In this document: positions 63,649 to 64,000 of the stretch, in pieces
How positions within the stretch are numbered: position 1 is the stretch's first letter
Layout of the letters: the number at the start of each line of letters is the position of its first letter
From: Candidatus Woesebacteria bacterium
Lineage (GTDB): Bacteria; Patescibacteriota; Microgenomatia; UBA1400; PJMF01
NCBI GenBank assembly: GCA_050123235.1
Contig: JASFHL010000004.1
Coordinates: 40,558 to 104,557, forward strand
Length of the DNA: 64,000 nt
Direction: 5' to 3'
Made by a program: the position numbers and the translations under genes
The notes under the pieces: model-generated
The model's input: the letters and a program-made list of their open reading frames with translations, nothing else
Databases searched by the model: none
Told to the model about the DNA's origin: nothing

Positions 63649-63745
63649 GTTGGCAAGAAGGGATTTTTATTAAAAAAAACATTAAAGAAATAAAAATTTT
63701 TTTTGATATTATTAAACTTGAAGTTATTTTTTTTAAAAGAAGTAA

Positions 63746-64000
63746 ATGGAAAAAAAAGATTTTTCTAGAAGAGAATTATTGAATTTAGCTGCCTGGTTTA
63801 CTGCTTTAACAGCTGGTGGATATGTGATTTCTCAGTTACCAAGAGTGCCTCAATTAATAATGATTAAAGAAAGAAGAGAAGGTTTAAGACAACTACAGCA
63901 ACTTGCTCTTTTTATAGATTTTCCAGAAGATGCTAATTTCGATCCAGTTTTAAGAAGGCTTTTAGGGGCATTATATAAATCAAGAAAAGATTTGTTTATG
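63746..64000 (+). CDS. Hypothetical protein with twin-arginine-like N-terminus, truncated by the window
   Basis: Not in the ORF track. MEKKDFSRRELLNLAAWFTALTAGGYVISQLPRVPQ... stays open to the window end. Confidence 0.6.
   Translation, partial: MEKKDFSRRELLNLAAWFTALTAGGYVISQLPRVPQLIMIKERREGLRQLQQLALFIDFPEDANFDPVLRRLLGALYKSRKDLFM

Overview
AT-rich bacterial chromosomal window that most likely comes from a Patescibacteria/CPR (Microgenomates-like) genome. This is inferred from the gene set: mevalonate enzymes, an archaeal-type ATP-dependent ligase, a VirB2-like pilin array, tRNA-Ile(UAU) and a ValRS lacking its C-terminal coiled coil. From left to right the window holds: a surface-glycan locus (O-antigen ligase, GT2/GT4s, a plant-type GT75/RGP mutase, Wzm/Wzt); three paralogous membrane-anchored surface proteins (two of them Cys-rich); tRNA-Ile(UAU); a MacAB-like ABC system; uppS and a VirD4-like ATPase; housekeeping genes; seven tandem pilin genes divergent from an ECF sigma; mvaD-mvk-idi; valS; rplY; and the jag-yidC-yidD-rnpA-rpmH-dnaN-dnaA origin region with a recognisable oriC. 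The most striking unexplained signal is a dispersed intergenic element of about 150-160 bp. It has five full copies (10941, 13994, 19087, 47766, 60351), two half copies and several degenerate remnants. Its 22-28 bp AT-rich terminal arms differ between copies but stay self-complementary, its conserved core shows compensatory base-pair changes, and every intact copy sits just downstream of, and co-oriented with, a gene. I cannot match it to a known RNA or mobile-element family. All structure calls were made by eye; no searches or folding programs were run.
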